This document shows, in pieces, positions 35,567 to 49,400 of a stretch of DNA of 64,000 nt. Origin of the DNA: Callorhinchus milii (lineage: Eukaryota). The DNA lies in the NCBI RefSeq assembly GCF_018977255.1, contig NW_024704743.1, forward strand, positions 115,942,001-116,006,000. The letters run 5' to 3'. The notes under the pieces are model-generated. The model had not been told where the DNA came from and did no database searches. It was given only the letters and a program-made list of their open reading frames with translations. A program made the position numbers and the translations under genes. How positions within the stretch are numbered: the first letter of the stretch is position 1; each line of letters opens with the position of its first letter.

Positions 35567-38437
35567 CATGTTTTATTGCATTTACTATAATAAGTTTGTA
35601 ACTGCTCAAATCAAATCTTTATCCGATTCAATCCTGACGTGAAAGGCGCTTTATAAATGCAATCTTGTTGTTGTTGGCGAGTGCTAGTTCCACAAAACAG
35701 CCCCTGCCAATTCCTCCACCTCCTTCCCAGCGGGGGCTATCACACACAAGACATTCCACCAGTGTGAGTCAACATTTTGTACATTGAGATACCTGTCACG
35801 AAAGGCCAAGCATGGGTTTTAAACTCCTGGGGGTTGCAGGAAGAAGGAAATACTAAGGGAGGAAACTTGCAATCTTATTAGTGGGTTATTGGTTTTGCGG
35901 TCCTTAAACTTGACTAGACATCTTTTATGTTAATGGACTCCTCATCTTTGTACTTTTGTTAATGCTTCAATAGTTAATATGAACGGGCCAGGTTAAACTA
36001 CACCTTATTATGCACTCATTGGATTCTCGTGAGCATTATCCTTCTGAAGCCGTTTCAGTAAAGTGTAGCTCACTCAAGCTAACTCAGATAAGATTGCCGT
36101 TAAATTAAGATAATCTCCTTCATCTCAGTCTATTTGCAATGAAGATCTCGTGCTATTGTAGAACATCGTTATACACACGTGACATCCACACACTGTGTAA
36201 AAGCAAACAATTCACTTTTAAGACCGAGTTTGCAGCTCCAGAACTGCACATACAACAGTGGGGTATCAATGTGGGGTTTGATACACTTGTAGTAGCTGCT
36301 GTTTTTTTTCCCAGGTGTAATGTTTGCTGTTACAATGATGTGATGTGACTCTCCCATCGATTGTGTTATCATTCTAACAGATGTTGGGCTTGTACATCCG
36401 TTTATGCACTGGTAGGCAAGCGAGCTGTGTCAATATTTAAAACCAGCAAAAAACCCAGTGAAATGTTTATACTTCCCGTTCCATGTGGGAATGGAAAGGG
36501 GGGAAACGCAGACTGCATTCACAACTGCCCTCCAAAATACAGGATGTTTTCAAAATCTGCCATTAACATTTGTTTCTCTCTGTGATTAGATTTTCCTATG
36601 AGACTATGTGAAGAAGGCATTTCAGGCTTAGTACAGTGGCTTGTTGGGGACAGGTCAGAAGTAGACTGGGTGGTGGGGAGGAAAGAAAGGGAGACCAGTG
36701 CAGAGGTAAATAGGAAACAGAGAAGACATTTTGACTTTGCAAGCACTGTCAACCTATAAGAAAACTAAAGTTGAGTTTCAACTAAAAACTCACAAGAATA
36801 AGAGCATGCGTGCAGCAAAAGATCTGGTGAGGAGGGCTTTCACAACAGATGTTGCTGGCATTCCCAGGTGCCTGAATCCTTTTGAGCATAATGTTGCTTG
36901 TTCCTGGTGTCGGACTGGCTCAGTTGGTGTCACTCTTGTCTCCTGATCAGAAGTTTAAGGGTTGAAGCTCATCATCAGGACCTGAGCTACCTCCAGCATA
37001 ATGCTGGGGAGGGAGTGGGGGACATTGTCAGAGTTGCAGTTCTTTGGACAAGGGGTTAAACCGTTTTCGGGTGTAAAATGTTCGAGATCACATTGCATTA
37101 TTCAAACAGAAAAAGGAGTTTATAATATCTATAATAATAATAATCCTTGCATTTGATATAGTGCCTTATGTCATTGAGATGTCTCAAAGCACTTCAGAAT
37201 ATACTGTAAGTGAATTGACTTTTTTTAGCGAAACGTGGCAACTAATTGCATGCAGCATTGTCCCACATACAGCCGTGGATTGGGTGACCAAATTATTAAT
37301 TTCTGATATCCTGGCCACAGTCCAACAGATAAGTTGGTCATTCATCACATGGCCATTTCTGGGACCTTGCTGTGTGCTGACAGAATATGGCCGCTGCACC
37401 TGACAATTACTGCAAAGTACTTTCCGATGTATAAGGCATTGTAAATGCAAGTTCATACTTTAAAAGGTTTACCCGCTGTTTGCTGTAATAGCCATCTGCA
37501 CCGTCTGTTTGTTTAACAGGGTAGTGGTTAGTTAGTAAACATTTCCAGAGGATGGAGCGGTTGTAAAACATTGGGGGAGTACTTGCCAACGCAGAAGTTT
37601 AAAAAAGGTTTCGTATCAGTAAATAATCCTTGCATTTGTTCCTAATCAATGTTGTACTGAGCACACCATGACCTAATGTTAGGCTGGCACTAATACTAGG
37701 GTTTGGAATAAAGTCTGCCCCAGAATTCAGAAATCCCAGCAGAGAAAGACACTGTGCTGTGATGTGCGTTAAGCAACTCAAAGACGTGTTAAAAAGTGTT
37801 TTCCAAAACAGATAAATAAGAGGTAAAACACTACTGATGACTTGTCAGTTTTAACTGATGTTTTGTTTTGCACTTCTGAAGCTAGGACCTATTTAGTAGC
37901 ATTCAGAGGGAGAGCAAGCAACACAACTTGAGCTTTTCACGATATTGCCTCTCCATTTCTCTCTTCCTCGCCCACTTTGCACTGACAACAATGACCCATG
38001 CAGTGACACATGCACCCAGATGGTCACTGTGTGTCTTGGCTGTTCGGTTGTCGAGAGGGGGTTTGGTGAGAGCAAGCCCAAAAGCCCAAAAGGGCAGAAC
38101 AAGTAGAGGTGTAGGTGTAAGTGACGGGTTATTCTGCAAAAATGTCAGTGGCTCCAATTCTACCTCGTTTTACTCTTTAAAATTTAAGATCATGCAGAAT
38201 TGTGGAAAATTCAGGCTTAATTCAGATGCTAGTTTGTTGCAGGTCTTAAAAAGAAACCAGCTTCTGAGTTAAGACTGAATTTAGGAATTTTCCAAAATTC
38301 TGCACAATCTCATCCTTCCTGAATACTGTACTCCCATTACTTGTTTCAGTCATGAATTACCCTATGGGTGTCTCACCTGATATTAACCTCTTGTACGCTT
38401 GTTTTGTCATTGTATTCTAAAGTATTGTTTGGGGTTT

Positions 38438-38830
38438 AATAATGATCCTTGCATTTTGTGTAGCGTGTTCATGTCTGGAGAATGTCCCAAAACACTTCAC
38501 AGGATTTACCGTAAAGTGTAGTGAATGTTTTGTAGGCAAACACAGCAGCCAATTTACACACAGCAATATTGCACAAACAGCCATGGAATAAATAACCAAT
38601 TTTATTTGGGTGATTGTTGACCAGGACACTGGAAGAAACTACCTTCTCTTTTAGAATAATGCTATGGGATCTTTAATGCCCAAGCAGATAAGGCCTTGGT
38701 TTAACGTTCATTCAAAGGACAGCACCTCCAGCATTGTATTGGAGTGTCAGCTTGGACTATGTGAGTTTCAAGTCTTATGTGGGGCTTGAGCCCACAACCT
38801 TCTGTGTCAAGCGAGAGTGCCACCAACTGA
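38438..38830 (-). mobile_element. DeuSINE (SacSINE1-like)
   Basis: Full reverse-complement copy from tail to head. Confidence 0.72.
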
Positions 38831-39819
38831 CGCTGCATTAAAGGCTGAAAAGCTTATCTATTTCTTTATTGCTCATCCCTCCAACACTGGGGAATTATCC
38901 TTGGCTAATAGATTGGGTAGTTCACCCCACCCCTCCCCACTTATTTTGTGGGTGTGACCTAACTGGAGCACTGCACCAGTTGAGCATGACTGAACTCAGA
39001 TGTAATTGGCAACATAGCAAACTGCTTTGTTCATTGCTGCTTCACACTGTTTTGAAATGTGTTGGGTGAGCGAGCTCCTGTCCACAAACATCATAGAACA
39101 ACAAGTGGAGAAATGGGCAATATGTTCCCATGGACTGCTTTGGCTTTTGTCTCCACACAAGCCACCAATAATAATAATTTATTATTATTAATAATACCAT
39201 TTAATACACAAATGCCATTCTTCTCGCTTCCCGCAGAAGTTTTTTTTAATTTTACTCTTCAAAAATCCGTCTAGTTCTTCTTTAAAATACTTAATGGACT
39301 TGGCCAAGGTTTTATGGACATTTGTCAAGACTTCACAGTCAACACAGAACAGCAAGATGGGCCGGGTGCCACTGCGCACGTACAGCTTTTCTCCTGGCTT
39401 GTGCTCTATATTAAAAAAAGTAGTCTAATCTTGCCCTTCTGATGCCTCGCTACACCCTTTATATTTATTGTTCATCTCTTGTGTGATTCATGACATCAGC
39501 CCCTCTTGCAGGCAGTTTGTGTTTTACAGAGTCCCACTTTGCACATCGATGCATTATTCCCCACTGACTGGGAGTAATTATTCTGCGCATGAGAACGTGT
39601 GATCAGATCTACCAGCGATGCTTGTGGCTTAACTCTCTCAGACAAAACGTTGACTTCCTCTTCTACCAGAACGCCCAACAGTCTGGAAGAAGACAATTAA
39701 ACGGGGAGTGCCTAAACAGTATTGTACAAAATGCTTATAGGAAAATTATTGGGTTATGGGATATAGTTCCAGACACCAGCTGCCCATTGGCAACTTGCCA
39801 AAATGCCCGTAATTTTGGC

Positions 39820-40645
39820 GAGACCAAGGCCCTCCTGATTGACTCCTATCAGCACCTCTACCCTTCAGGCGCTGACAGCATCACCATGCAAGGATGCACA
39901 CTCCACCTTACTAAGCCAGTCCAGAACCTTGATGTCTTGTTTGACCCTCCACTGTCGTTTCTACCCCACATCCATGCCATGGCCTGCTTTGCCTTCCCCC
40001 ATGTCCGCAACATCGTCCGGCTCCGACACTGTCTCACTCCGCAGGTCGCATAAACCCTCATACACGCATTCAGAACATCCAGGCTTGACTATGCAAACTC
40101 CCTGCTTGTTGGCCTCCCCAACTCCTCTCTCCATAGGCTGCAGATAATCCAGAACTCTGCAGCCCGTGTCCTCTCCCTCATCAGGCTCCGTGACCTTATC
40201 ACCCCCATCCTTGCCTGACTCTACTGGCTTCCCATCACACAGAGGATACAGTTCACGATCCTGGTCCTCACCTTCAAAGCCCTCCCCGGTCTTACTCCCC
40301 CTAACTCTGCAACCTCCAAACCGCCTACCAACCTGCCCGCTCCCTCTGCTCAGCGGATTCCGGCCTGCTTCATGACCTTGCCTCACCCGCCCCACCATTG
40401 GCAGGTGGGCCTTCAGCCACTCTGCCCCAACCCTCTGGAATTCCATCCCACAGTCTCTCCGCTGCGCCTCCTCCCTTGCCTCCTTAAAGATCCATCTCAA
40501 GACCCTCCTCTTCAACTGTAACTTCCATCACCCCAACCCTTCCCAACCCCGACCCCCAGCTCAGGTCTGTAACACTGACTGTCCAGGACCTTGGGTCATC
40601 CTCCCGATGTCAAAGGCGCTATATAAATGTAATTTTGTTATTGTT
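39820..40645 (+). mobile_element. L2 LINE 3' fragment
   Basis: KPVQNLDVLFDPPLSFLPHI... with stops and frameshifts; L2 tail present. Confidence 0.88.
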
Positions 40646-42059
40646 ATTTAGTTGTGAGCCTTGACCATGAGTGTTAGATGGCGTTGGTGTCATGAGGGGA
40701 GATGTTGCAGCAAATTGTGTCTTCCACCTTCCATCAGGAATCTCTGGGTAGCTAATAATCTTGCATTTGACATAGCGATTTATCATGTCGTTGAGACGTC
40801 TCAAAGCTCTTCACAGAATTTGTGTGTGAAATGCGGCAGCCAATTACACACATCAGTGTCCCACAAAAAGGTGGAAAAGATTAGCCTAACTCAGCACGGA
40901 ATAATTTTTCACAATTCTGCACAATCTTAAAATGTAAGACTATGATCTTATGATAATAATAATAAATTATTAATAATCCTTGTAATTTGGTGTACAGCCT
41001 TTCATGTCAGGAAGATGTCTCAAAGTGTTTCACAGGTTTTACTGTAAAGTGTTGTGACTATTTTTTTGTAGGTGATATGGTTAAGTCGTTGTGAAATTTT
41101 GGATTATGAACTATATTTCCCCATCTCATGACCTCTACTGGGTATAGGACATGTGAGCATCTTGGTAAGGACAGGATGGGGCTCAGCTGCTATACTATAG
41201 CTGCCAGCTTGCCCTTCAAATTCCCTCCATCACTTCATCCCACTCTAGCTCTGCAATGTCCTTCATCCATAATATCCTGCCTGCTCCCTTCACTCAACAA
41301 ACACCGACCTGCTTCATTTCCCTTGCTCTATCAACCACACCATTGGTGAATGGGTTTCAGGCATTCTGCCGCTGTTCTCTGGAACTCCATCCTGTAGTCC
41401 CTCCAACTCATTCCCTCATTTCAAGGCCCATAACTCGAGCCATACCTCCTTTGTTCATCTTTCCCCTCCTCACCCCTTTGGCTCCAATACCCAGCTCAGG
41501 TGCCCAGCCAGCAGTGTCAAGCGCTTTGAGATGTCCTCCCGACGTGAAAGGTGGTACATAAATGTAAATTATATTTAATAGTCTGTCAATGCTCGCTGTG
41601 AGGCTAACACGTGAAGCGTAACCTGTGGAACCACACCCAACATAAGTCACGCACCTCAGAAGTGGAGGCGAGAGAGAGAGGAGTGAAAGGAAAGGCAGCA
41701 GGAGATGAGAAGAAGAAATGTGATACGTTTAAAATCAAATTAATTAATTCATCTCAAGAGGCAAATGACCTTTTCAGGATTGCAACTAAAATTAAAAATT
41801 GTATCCTGTCATATGCTTTACAGATCCAAGCTGCACAAACTAATAAAAATCACATATGGTTCTCCTGATAGATACAGCAGCCACCACACAAGTACTTAAA
41901 TTAATAAAACCTGTCATTTTCATTCTGCTTCTATTTTTTTTGCCCCCTTCATTACTATTCTAAACGCTCAGGGATCATTTGGAGCTGAGACTCCCATTAC
42001 TATGTACATTTAGATCATTTCTGTATATTGGCCAGCCTTTTCGTGGTGTCCATCGTAAA

Positions 42060-42402
42060 TAATACTTACATTTGGTCAGGAAGATGTCTCAAAGTCCTTC
42101 ATAGGGTATACTGTGAAATGGAATGACCAAACCGGCCATGAGTGAGTGACCGATTTTATTTGCGGGATTGTTGGCCAGGACACTGGGAGAAACTCCCTTT
42201 TCAAGTAGTGCCATGGAGTCTTTAACGTCTACCTAAACAGGCTACCTCTGTTTAACGTCTCAACCCAAGGATGGCACCTTCAACAATGCAGCACTGCATT
42301 GGAGTCACCCTGGACTGTGAGTTCCAAGTCCCAATGTGGGGTTTGAAGCCACAACCTACTGACTCGGAGGTGAGAGTCCTACCAATTGGGCCAAGCTGAC
42401 AA
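42060..42402 (-). mobile_element. DeuSINE (SacSINE1-like)
   Basis: GGCCAGGACACTGGGAGAAACTC...GTGCCATGGAGTCTTTAACGTC. Confidence 0.72.
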
Positions 42403-44224
42403 ACCTTTGATCTCCTGCAACACTACTGCCTTGGTCACTTGCTCTGCTCAGCGAACACCGGCTGTTTCACGTCCCTGAGATGATCCACCTCACCATTGGT
42501 GCGTGACTTTCAGCCGTTCTGCCTCCACTTGGGAATTCCATCCCAGAGTCCCTTCACCTCAAACCCCCTCTTACGTTTAAAGTCCCCCCAAGACCTATCT
42601 TTTTCACAGCTTTTGGTCACCTTCTCCCCTCCCCCACCCGCCCCAGCTTCCTTCCTCTCCAATTCTGCTGCTCTGTCAGCGGTGTGAAGCAATTTGAAGT
42701 GTTCTCCTGATGGGAAAGGGATTATATAAATGTAAATTGTTGTATACTTTTTCCTATGGATCGCATGTTTCTCCATTGTATTTTAATAATGGATTTCACT
42801 GCTATCAGAGGAATGAAAACACATGAGGAAAGCAATACAAATCAATGAAACTAATAGCACAACGTTTACTCCTGGCTGAATCCGGCACCTCTCATTAATC
42901 CACAAGAGCTACTTTGGTTATTGGCTAACCTACATGGAGCTCACTGATTGGTATTGCCTGTTCCTATCCCCAGGGAGGATCACAAATCCCTTCAAGCCTG
43001 TATTATGCACTTGTAATGGCCCAGTTTTAGAATCTTTGCAGCAGTTTAATGGTCTATTTTAATGGCAAGCTTCCCTTATTCTTATTCTCACTCTGTGTGT
43101 CTCTCTTCCTCTCATACATTTCTCTGTATTGCAGATTATTAGTTTCCTTATATTTTCCTGTTCCTGTAAACAGTTCACTTTTCCTGTACTGTAAAATGTG
43201 GTGACTGTGTATTTTGTAGGTGTATTTTGTTCCTCTAGTGTGCTTGTGTTTGTCATCTCTGTTCAGAAGAATTGGGAAGAACGTAGGCTGCAATAGGGAA
43301 GAAATTGTGGTGATGGTGACCCTGGGCAGGTCAGGGGAGGCTGGAGTGGAGATGTGCGAATGGACAGATATTTCACCATCAATTTGAAAAGGTCCCCTCT
43401 CTCCCCTTTTTCAAATCCCGCCTGAAAGCCTTCCTCTTTGACCGTGCTTACAGCCATGACCGTGGCTTGGAGTCCGGCTCTGCCAATATTAAACGCTCTG
43501 AGACACTACCCCGTGTGAAGGGCACTATATAAGTGCAAGTTGTTGTTGTTTATATCGGTGTGCGAATTTCACTAATTCACTCCGATGTCTAAAGGAAAGC
43601 AAGCCGAGTATGCTTATATCGTAGGAATATCTTTGCCACGCCACTGAATTTAATTTGTTTTGTGACTTCATTCGAGCAAGCATAATTGGTATTGAGGACT
43701 AAATTGCAACATTATTTCCGAATCAGCATTTATCCAAATTGGAAAGATTCAAATTGAGCCAGTTTTTACACAGGTACAGCAAGCGGGTTGTTCAACTCAT
43801 TTGCTCCCATGTTTTTGAACTTAATTATCCGTTTCCTCTTTGCTGTGGAGCACAACAATTGTAAATCATGAGCTTTGCTCTGTGTCTCGACATGCCACAG
43901 ATTTTTTTTATTGTTCAATCTTCCCCCAAGGCGCTAACTCATGATTATTTTGCCCAAAGTATCTTTCAACTGCGCTTTCTGTTATTGTTTTCCCCTACAC
44001 CCACCCTGAACCAGTTTAAGTGCTCGGACATGTTTTGAGGTGTCCCTGAAAGGCTCTATATAAATGTAAATTGTTTCTTCACATATGATCCTGCATAAGC
44101 CATTTAATAGTGAAGGACTATAATTAAGATTGGGACTGATATTTTGGCCCCCTTTCTCAGTATGTTTTGCTATATTGAATGTATGTGTAGGTGAATGTTG
44201 TTAAACAGGTTAGAGCAAGTAAAC

Positions 44225-44600
44225 TTGCTCAGGGTTGTGAGTTCAAGCCCCCGTCAGGATTTTAAGATCATAATCCAGGCTGACTTTCCATTGCAGTGCT
44301 GGGGGAGTGCTACATTGTCAGAGGTGATGTCCTTTTGATGAAATGTTAAACCGAGGTCCCACCTGTCTGTTTGAGCAAGAGCTATTCGAAAAGTGAAGAG
44401 AGTTTCTCCTGGTATCCTGCCAACAGTTCCCCAATTAAAATTCACTTTATGGACCTTGTGGGCCATTGCTGTGCACAAATTGGGAGCCGGTCACCTGCAA
44501 AATACACACAGTCGCACTACTTTTATGGTATATCCTGCAAAGCGCTTTGAGACATCCCAATGACATGATAAGGGGCAAAATCAAATGCAAGGAATATTAC
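44225..44600 (+). mobile_element. DeuSINE (SacSINE1-like)
   Basis: GGCTGACTTTCCATTGCAGTGCTGGGGGAGTGCTAC...GTTAAACCGAGGTCCC. Confidence 0.72.
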
Positions 44601-45226
44601 CAAACTAATTATAGTAATCCTTACATTTGATGTAGGGCTACCTCAAGGTTGTTCACAGGATATACTGTAAAGTGTACTGACTGTGAGTTTTGTGGGCAAG
44701 ATAAGTTTTTGAAAGACAATTATAGGACAGACACCAGGAAGTATTTTTTCCATCGTGGGCAATCAGCAGCCTGGAATCAAGTTATCTTGAATTGTTTAAG
44801 AAATGGGTTGATTCTATGATGAGAAGACAGTAGAGTGGGTAGTTAGTGCCAATTGAACAGCCAGTGTGTGAACGTAGGAAAAGAAGCAATCGTCTAAAAG
44901 TTCCTGGGGTGCTTGCAATTCGGTTTTGTTTTACGTATCAAAAAAAAGGAGGTTGACACAAAAAACAATTAAGCACTCTGAGCACTTCTATTGTCAGAAT
45001 AATCAAATGCTATATAGTCAAGCATTTGTGTAGAAAGAAATTGCAGCGACAAGCAGAGGCCAGCTAGCATCAGCAATAAAGAAATGCTTCTCTCAATGTC
45101 GACCTGATTTGGAGCCCGGCACTAATGTTACCTCACATTATGGAGATGCGCTTTTCCTATCAACAGGAAAAAAAGTGTAAAACTGCGGGCCACTAATTAA
45201 TCTTGCCCGACATCTGATAACCAGGT

Positions 45227-46094
45227 TTGAAGGCAAGAGGCAGGTGGGTCTATTTTTTCCCCTTGTGTATGACCACAGGCAAATCTCTCCATTAATGTCA
45301 AACTGCATCTGCCCGCCTCAGTGTCACTGCCAGTTGCCAGTCATTAATGCATTAGCCCGCGGTCTGCTCAACTCATTTGCATTATTTCCTTGGCTGGCGG
45401 GTTTGGGCGGAAGGAACAGTAGCTCAGAGCTACACTTTTTACACTGGAATCACTTCACTTTCACCCCTAGTGACTTAGTAAACACCCCTTCTCTCTTCTC
45501 GTTTCCCCCCACCAACATTAATCACTGTGTATTCCAGGCAGGATTGGAGCAATGATTTGTAGAGTCATGCCAAACAAGTGAGCAGCAGAATAGACAGCCA
45601 GTGTTACCCGCCAATAGTTCTGTAACAGTGGTTTGTTTGTCATTAATAGTAGCTGGGTTTATCTCAAGTTACTGCTCAAATTTTGTCTGCCTTTCTTTTC
45701 CCTTTGAAGTCTGGCATGTGGCACTCTATATACATAGACACTGGTTGCGGGAAAGTGGATTCAAAAGATATTCCTTAGGGAAGGGATTCGAGTGGGCCTT
45801 TGATTCTGGACAGGGCCACTGCAGGTCACTATGGAATCCCATGTGAAGTCAGCGCAAGTGTATTTGGGGAAAGGAATAGCTTGAACAGTGCTGAACATCC
45901 CGGCAGTTGGATCTAGTATCTATACAGCACCAGTTCAGAAGTATTAGGCTGGATCACATTTACAGGTCCTTGTTCTGGTTACTGCAACTGGCAGTGACAC
46001 TGAGGTGGGCAGATGCAGTTTGACATTAATGGAGAGATTTGCCTGTGCTCATACACAAGGGGAAAAAGTAGACCCACCTGCCTTTTGCCTTCAA
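45227..46094. repeat. 111-bp inverted repeat (arms 45227-45337 and 45984-46094)
   Basis: Manual alignment shows 4 mismatches in 111 nt. Confidence 0.93.
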
Positions 46095-46213
46095 GTTGGA
46101 TCTAGTATCCACTCAAAGCTAAGCTGTGGCCTTTTATTTTCAACTTAACTCCTTCAAGTGCTCTGAGACACCATCCTTCGTGAAGAGCACAATATAGAAT
46201 ACAAGTTGTTGAA

Positions 46214-46410
46214 TGTGAAGATGGTGAGACTTCCCAATGGGCTCTGTATGTGGAGGTGGCGAGACTTCCTGTTGGGCTCTGTGTGTGGAGGTGGTGAGAT
46301 ATCCTGTTGGGCTCTGTGTGTGGAGGTGGTGAGAGATCCTGTCGGGCTCTGTGTGTGGAGGTGGTGAGAGGTCCTGTTGGGCTCTGTGTGTAGAAGTGGT
46401 GAGAGGTCCT
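46214..46410. repeat. 35-bp minisatellite, about 5.5 copies
   Basis: Unit GGGCTCTGTGTGTGGAGGTGGTGAGANNTCCTGTT. Confidence 0.9.
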
Positions 46411-49400
46411 TGATTATGTGCCTAACCTCACCTTGGTGTGCAAATTCCAATCTAGTTAATGCCAGGTGGTCAGGTTGATCGGGTGATAATGAAATATGGA
46501 GGAGGCAAACGTCTTGAAAGTTGTGTGAATGTGGGGTGGAGGGAAAGAGAAATGAATGTTCAGACTGTACACAGGAGGGAAAGTTTTATATTCTGTTAAA
46601 TGATCCATTCCAATGCATGCACTAGGCTTAAGTGGATCCATATGAGACAAAGTTTACAGTGTGGCTGGGGTATTGGCAAAGAATAAGCTGTCTATTTGTT
46701 TTCATATTGACACAGTATCACCATCTTTAATGTAGAGATTCATCATAGATAAGTGTCTCAGTCAGATCCAGACCAATATCACATTGATCCTACAGAATAG
46801 GACCTTGCTGTCTTAAACCCTTGTCTAATCATCAAATATATCACTTAAAATATTGCTGGCTGCAGACTGGGTAGATCAGTTACAATCTCAGGACTTCAGT
46901 CTAGAAAATGACAAGGGCACAGAGAAGCTCATTGCTTTAGATGGGGGCTGGGATTTTCTCACTTGGCTCCTGTTACTCCTGCAATCCAATCCTATAATCT
47001 GGTGGCTAGGGCAGTCCTAGCTGTACAGTCAGTCCCTGTTTGAAGAGTGCTATATAAATACCAATTGTTATTGTGGGAAGCGTGCCTAATATGGTTTAAT
47101 GGCAAACTGCAGGGTCTTTAAGTGGTTAAACTCCAGAAATTATCCAATTGAACGCTCCCAAGGCCTTCAAAACTTTGCCTCTTGCTAACATGTGCCTAGT
47201 ACTTTCTGGGATAAGGTGAGAAGGGTACGTGTCTCTGGGGCATGAAATTTCATCCAACTACCCAGGTTAGTTGTTTTTTTGACTATCATTTCATCGTTTA
47301 TGTATCTTAAGTTAGAAGAGACTGATGCTTTTAAATTGCATGTCTGTTTGTTGTAAGGGGTTAAACTGTACGTGTGAAAGTGCAGGGAATCTCGTGGGGT
47401 TCTTGAGTGCTTCCATACTCCTTTGTTAATACTGAACACATGCTTATAGAGCAACTCTGTGACTGACTGCCAATATGCATAGAATATTTGCAGTTTACAC
47501 AGTGTATTGTATATAAATTGTTACTTTGAACTGCTCATTTAGAATCATAGAATCATGGAATATTACAGCACAGAAGGAGGCCATTCGGCTCTTTGGAAGA
47601 GCGACCCAATCAGTTCCACTCTTTCCCCATACCCTTACAAATTTTTCCTTTTTCAAATACCTTTATTTTACGAAAAGGCAAGAAAATGGTTCATGGAACA
47701 GCTCCTTGATACGGTTTGACATGAAATGGCACAACCGTGCCTTGCACACCCCCACCCCCAGCAACATTGTCCATCTTCGCCACTGTCTCTCCCCTGCAAC
47801 CTTCTATAAGGTTACCAACTTTCTGCCCCCATTCTCAAGAACTCTATTCTGGAATCCTTTCCCGGACTTCATTCAAGGTCCATCTCAACACCTACCTCTT
47901 TGACCACACCTTTAGTCATCTTTCCACCCACATCTTCCTTGGCATCTACCGCTCCTAAATCCAAACCCACAGCTCGGATCCATTATATAAATACAATTTT
48001 CTTGCTGTTGTTTTTTCTGTGTGTGTGTGTGTGTGTGCATTAATAATTCCCATCAACATCAGTTTGGATTTCAATGAACATTTCACCCTCAACCTTTAAT
48101 TCCGTTAAGTGTTAGTTGTAGAGCATTTTATTTCAGGGTTTTGATTTACTGATGCCCTAATTTGTAAATCAGCTGGATCAAGTAGTGTTTGACTTTGAAA
48201 ATAAGAAATGAAGTTATAATTGGAGTATTTATCAATAATCAGAAAAGGGACCTGTAGCTTTAAGCGAGGTTCCCTCTCAATGTTTTATTGAATAGGTTTA
48301 GGATGTCTGCAGCTCCCATACTTCCATGTGTTTTTATTATAGCCATGGTCATATGGTAATGTTTATTGAAAAAAAAACCTCTGGTTTCCTTAAATATTTA
48401 GAAAGCTCATTTTTCATCTGTTTAACTGATACACGGTGCATCTAATGGCCACGAAAATATTAGCAGAACAGAATTTCTGGGTGAAAGGAAGATTAAAAGC
48501 AACATGTAGCAATCTCCACAGCAAATAAATCTTTATATTCTGAAAAGCATTACCTTTGAAATCCAGGGACGATTGCATCTAATCCTTGCCTAGCAATTTT
48601 TCTCAAGATTGGGTATTGGAGATCAGCAAAGCAAATAATGAAGGCATATGTTGACTTATAATTATTCTGTACCTTGGGAGCTGGATTAAATAGGAACAGT
48701 TTGAATGTTGTCAAATTCTTAAGTTGCTTTCATGCCCGAGTCGTCTCCAGGCTCCTTGAGGATTTACTTAGCGGTTTGAACAAGCAGGTCTTTAGAGCTT
48801 GTAGCATGGGGACAGCACAGTTAAGCCATCGGTAGCTGCTTTGTGCCATCTTTAGTCACTTGAGGAGATGTAACATCAAACACCTAAAATTGTTGCGGCC
48901 TACATTCCTGCTGAGGGATGGACGTGTAGATTGGCGAATAAATAATTCAGAGCCCTATGAGTGCCTTGATGCCAGGACATGACAAGTATCTAACAGTGCA
49001 GCCCACAAAGGGAGAAGCTGGCTTCTCAGTGCTCAGGTCAGCTCAGAATAATACATTACGCAAATACATTACGCAAGAACAACTTGTGCTTTGGAGGCGA
49101 TATATAATATGGAATTATGTCCCTCGGGGCTTGTGCTAAAATACCAACACTTTTTTTCATGTGGGAGACTCACTGCTGGCTTTGCACTCAATGGCTATTG
49201 ATTTCTGAAAGCAAGTTTCACCTCGAACTTTGCACTCACTGGAGAATAATTTTTTTTCTAAGCAGTGAGTAGAGTGTTTTTTGTGACTTGATTGAATATT
49301 GTCCAGATATCCTCTAAATATTGCTGGTGCCCTTTCATGGGTTCTCGTCATCTCATGCAACTTCCACCACCAACTGGGAACATGAAACAATTCACAAGCC

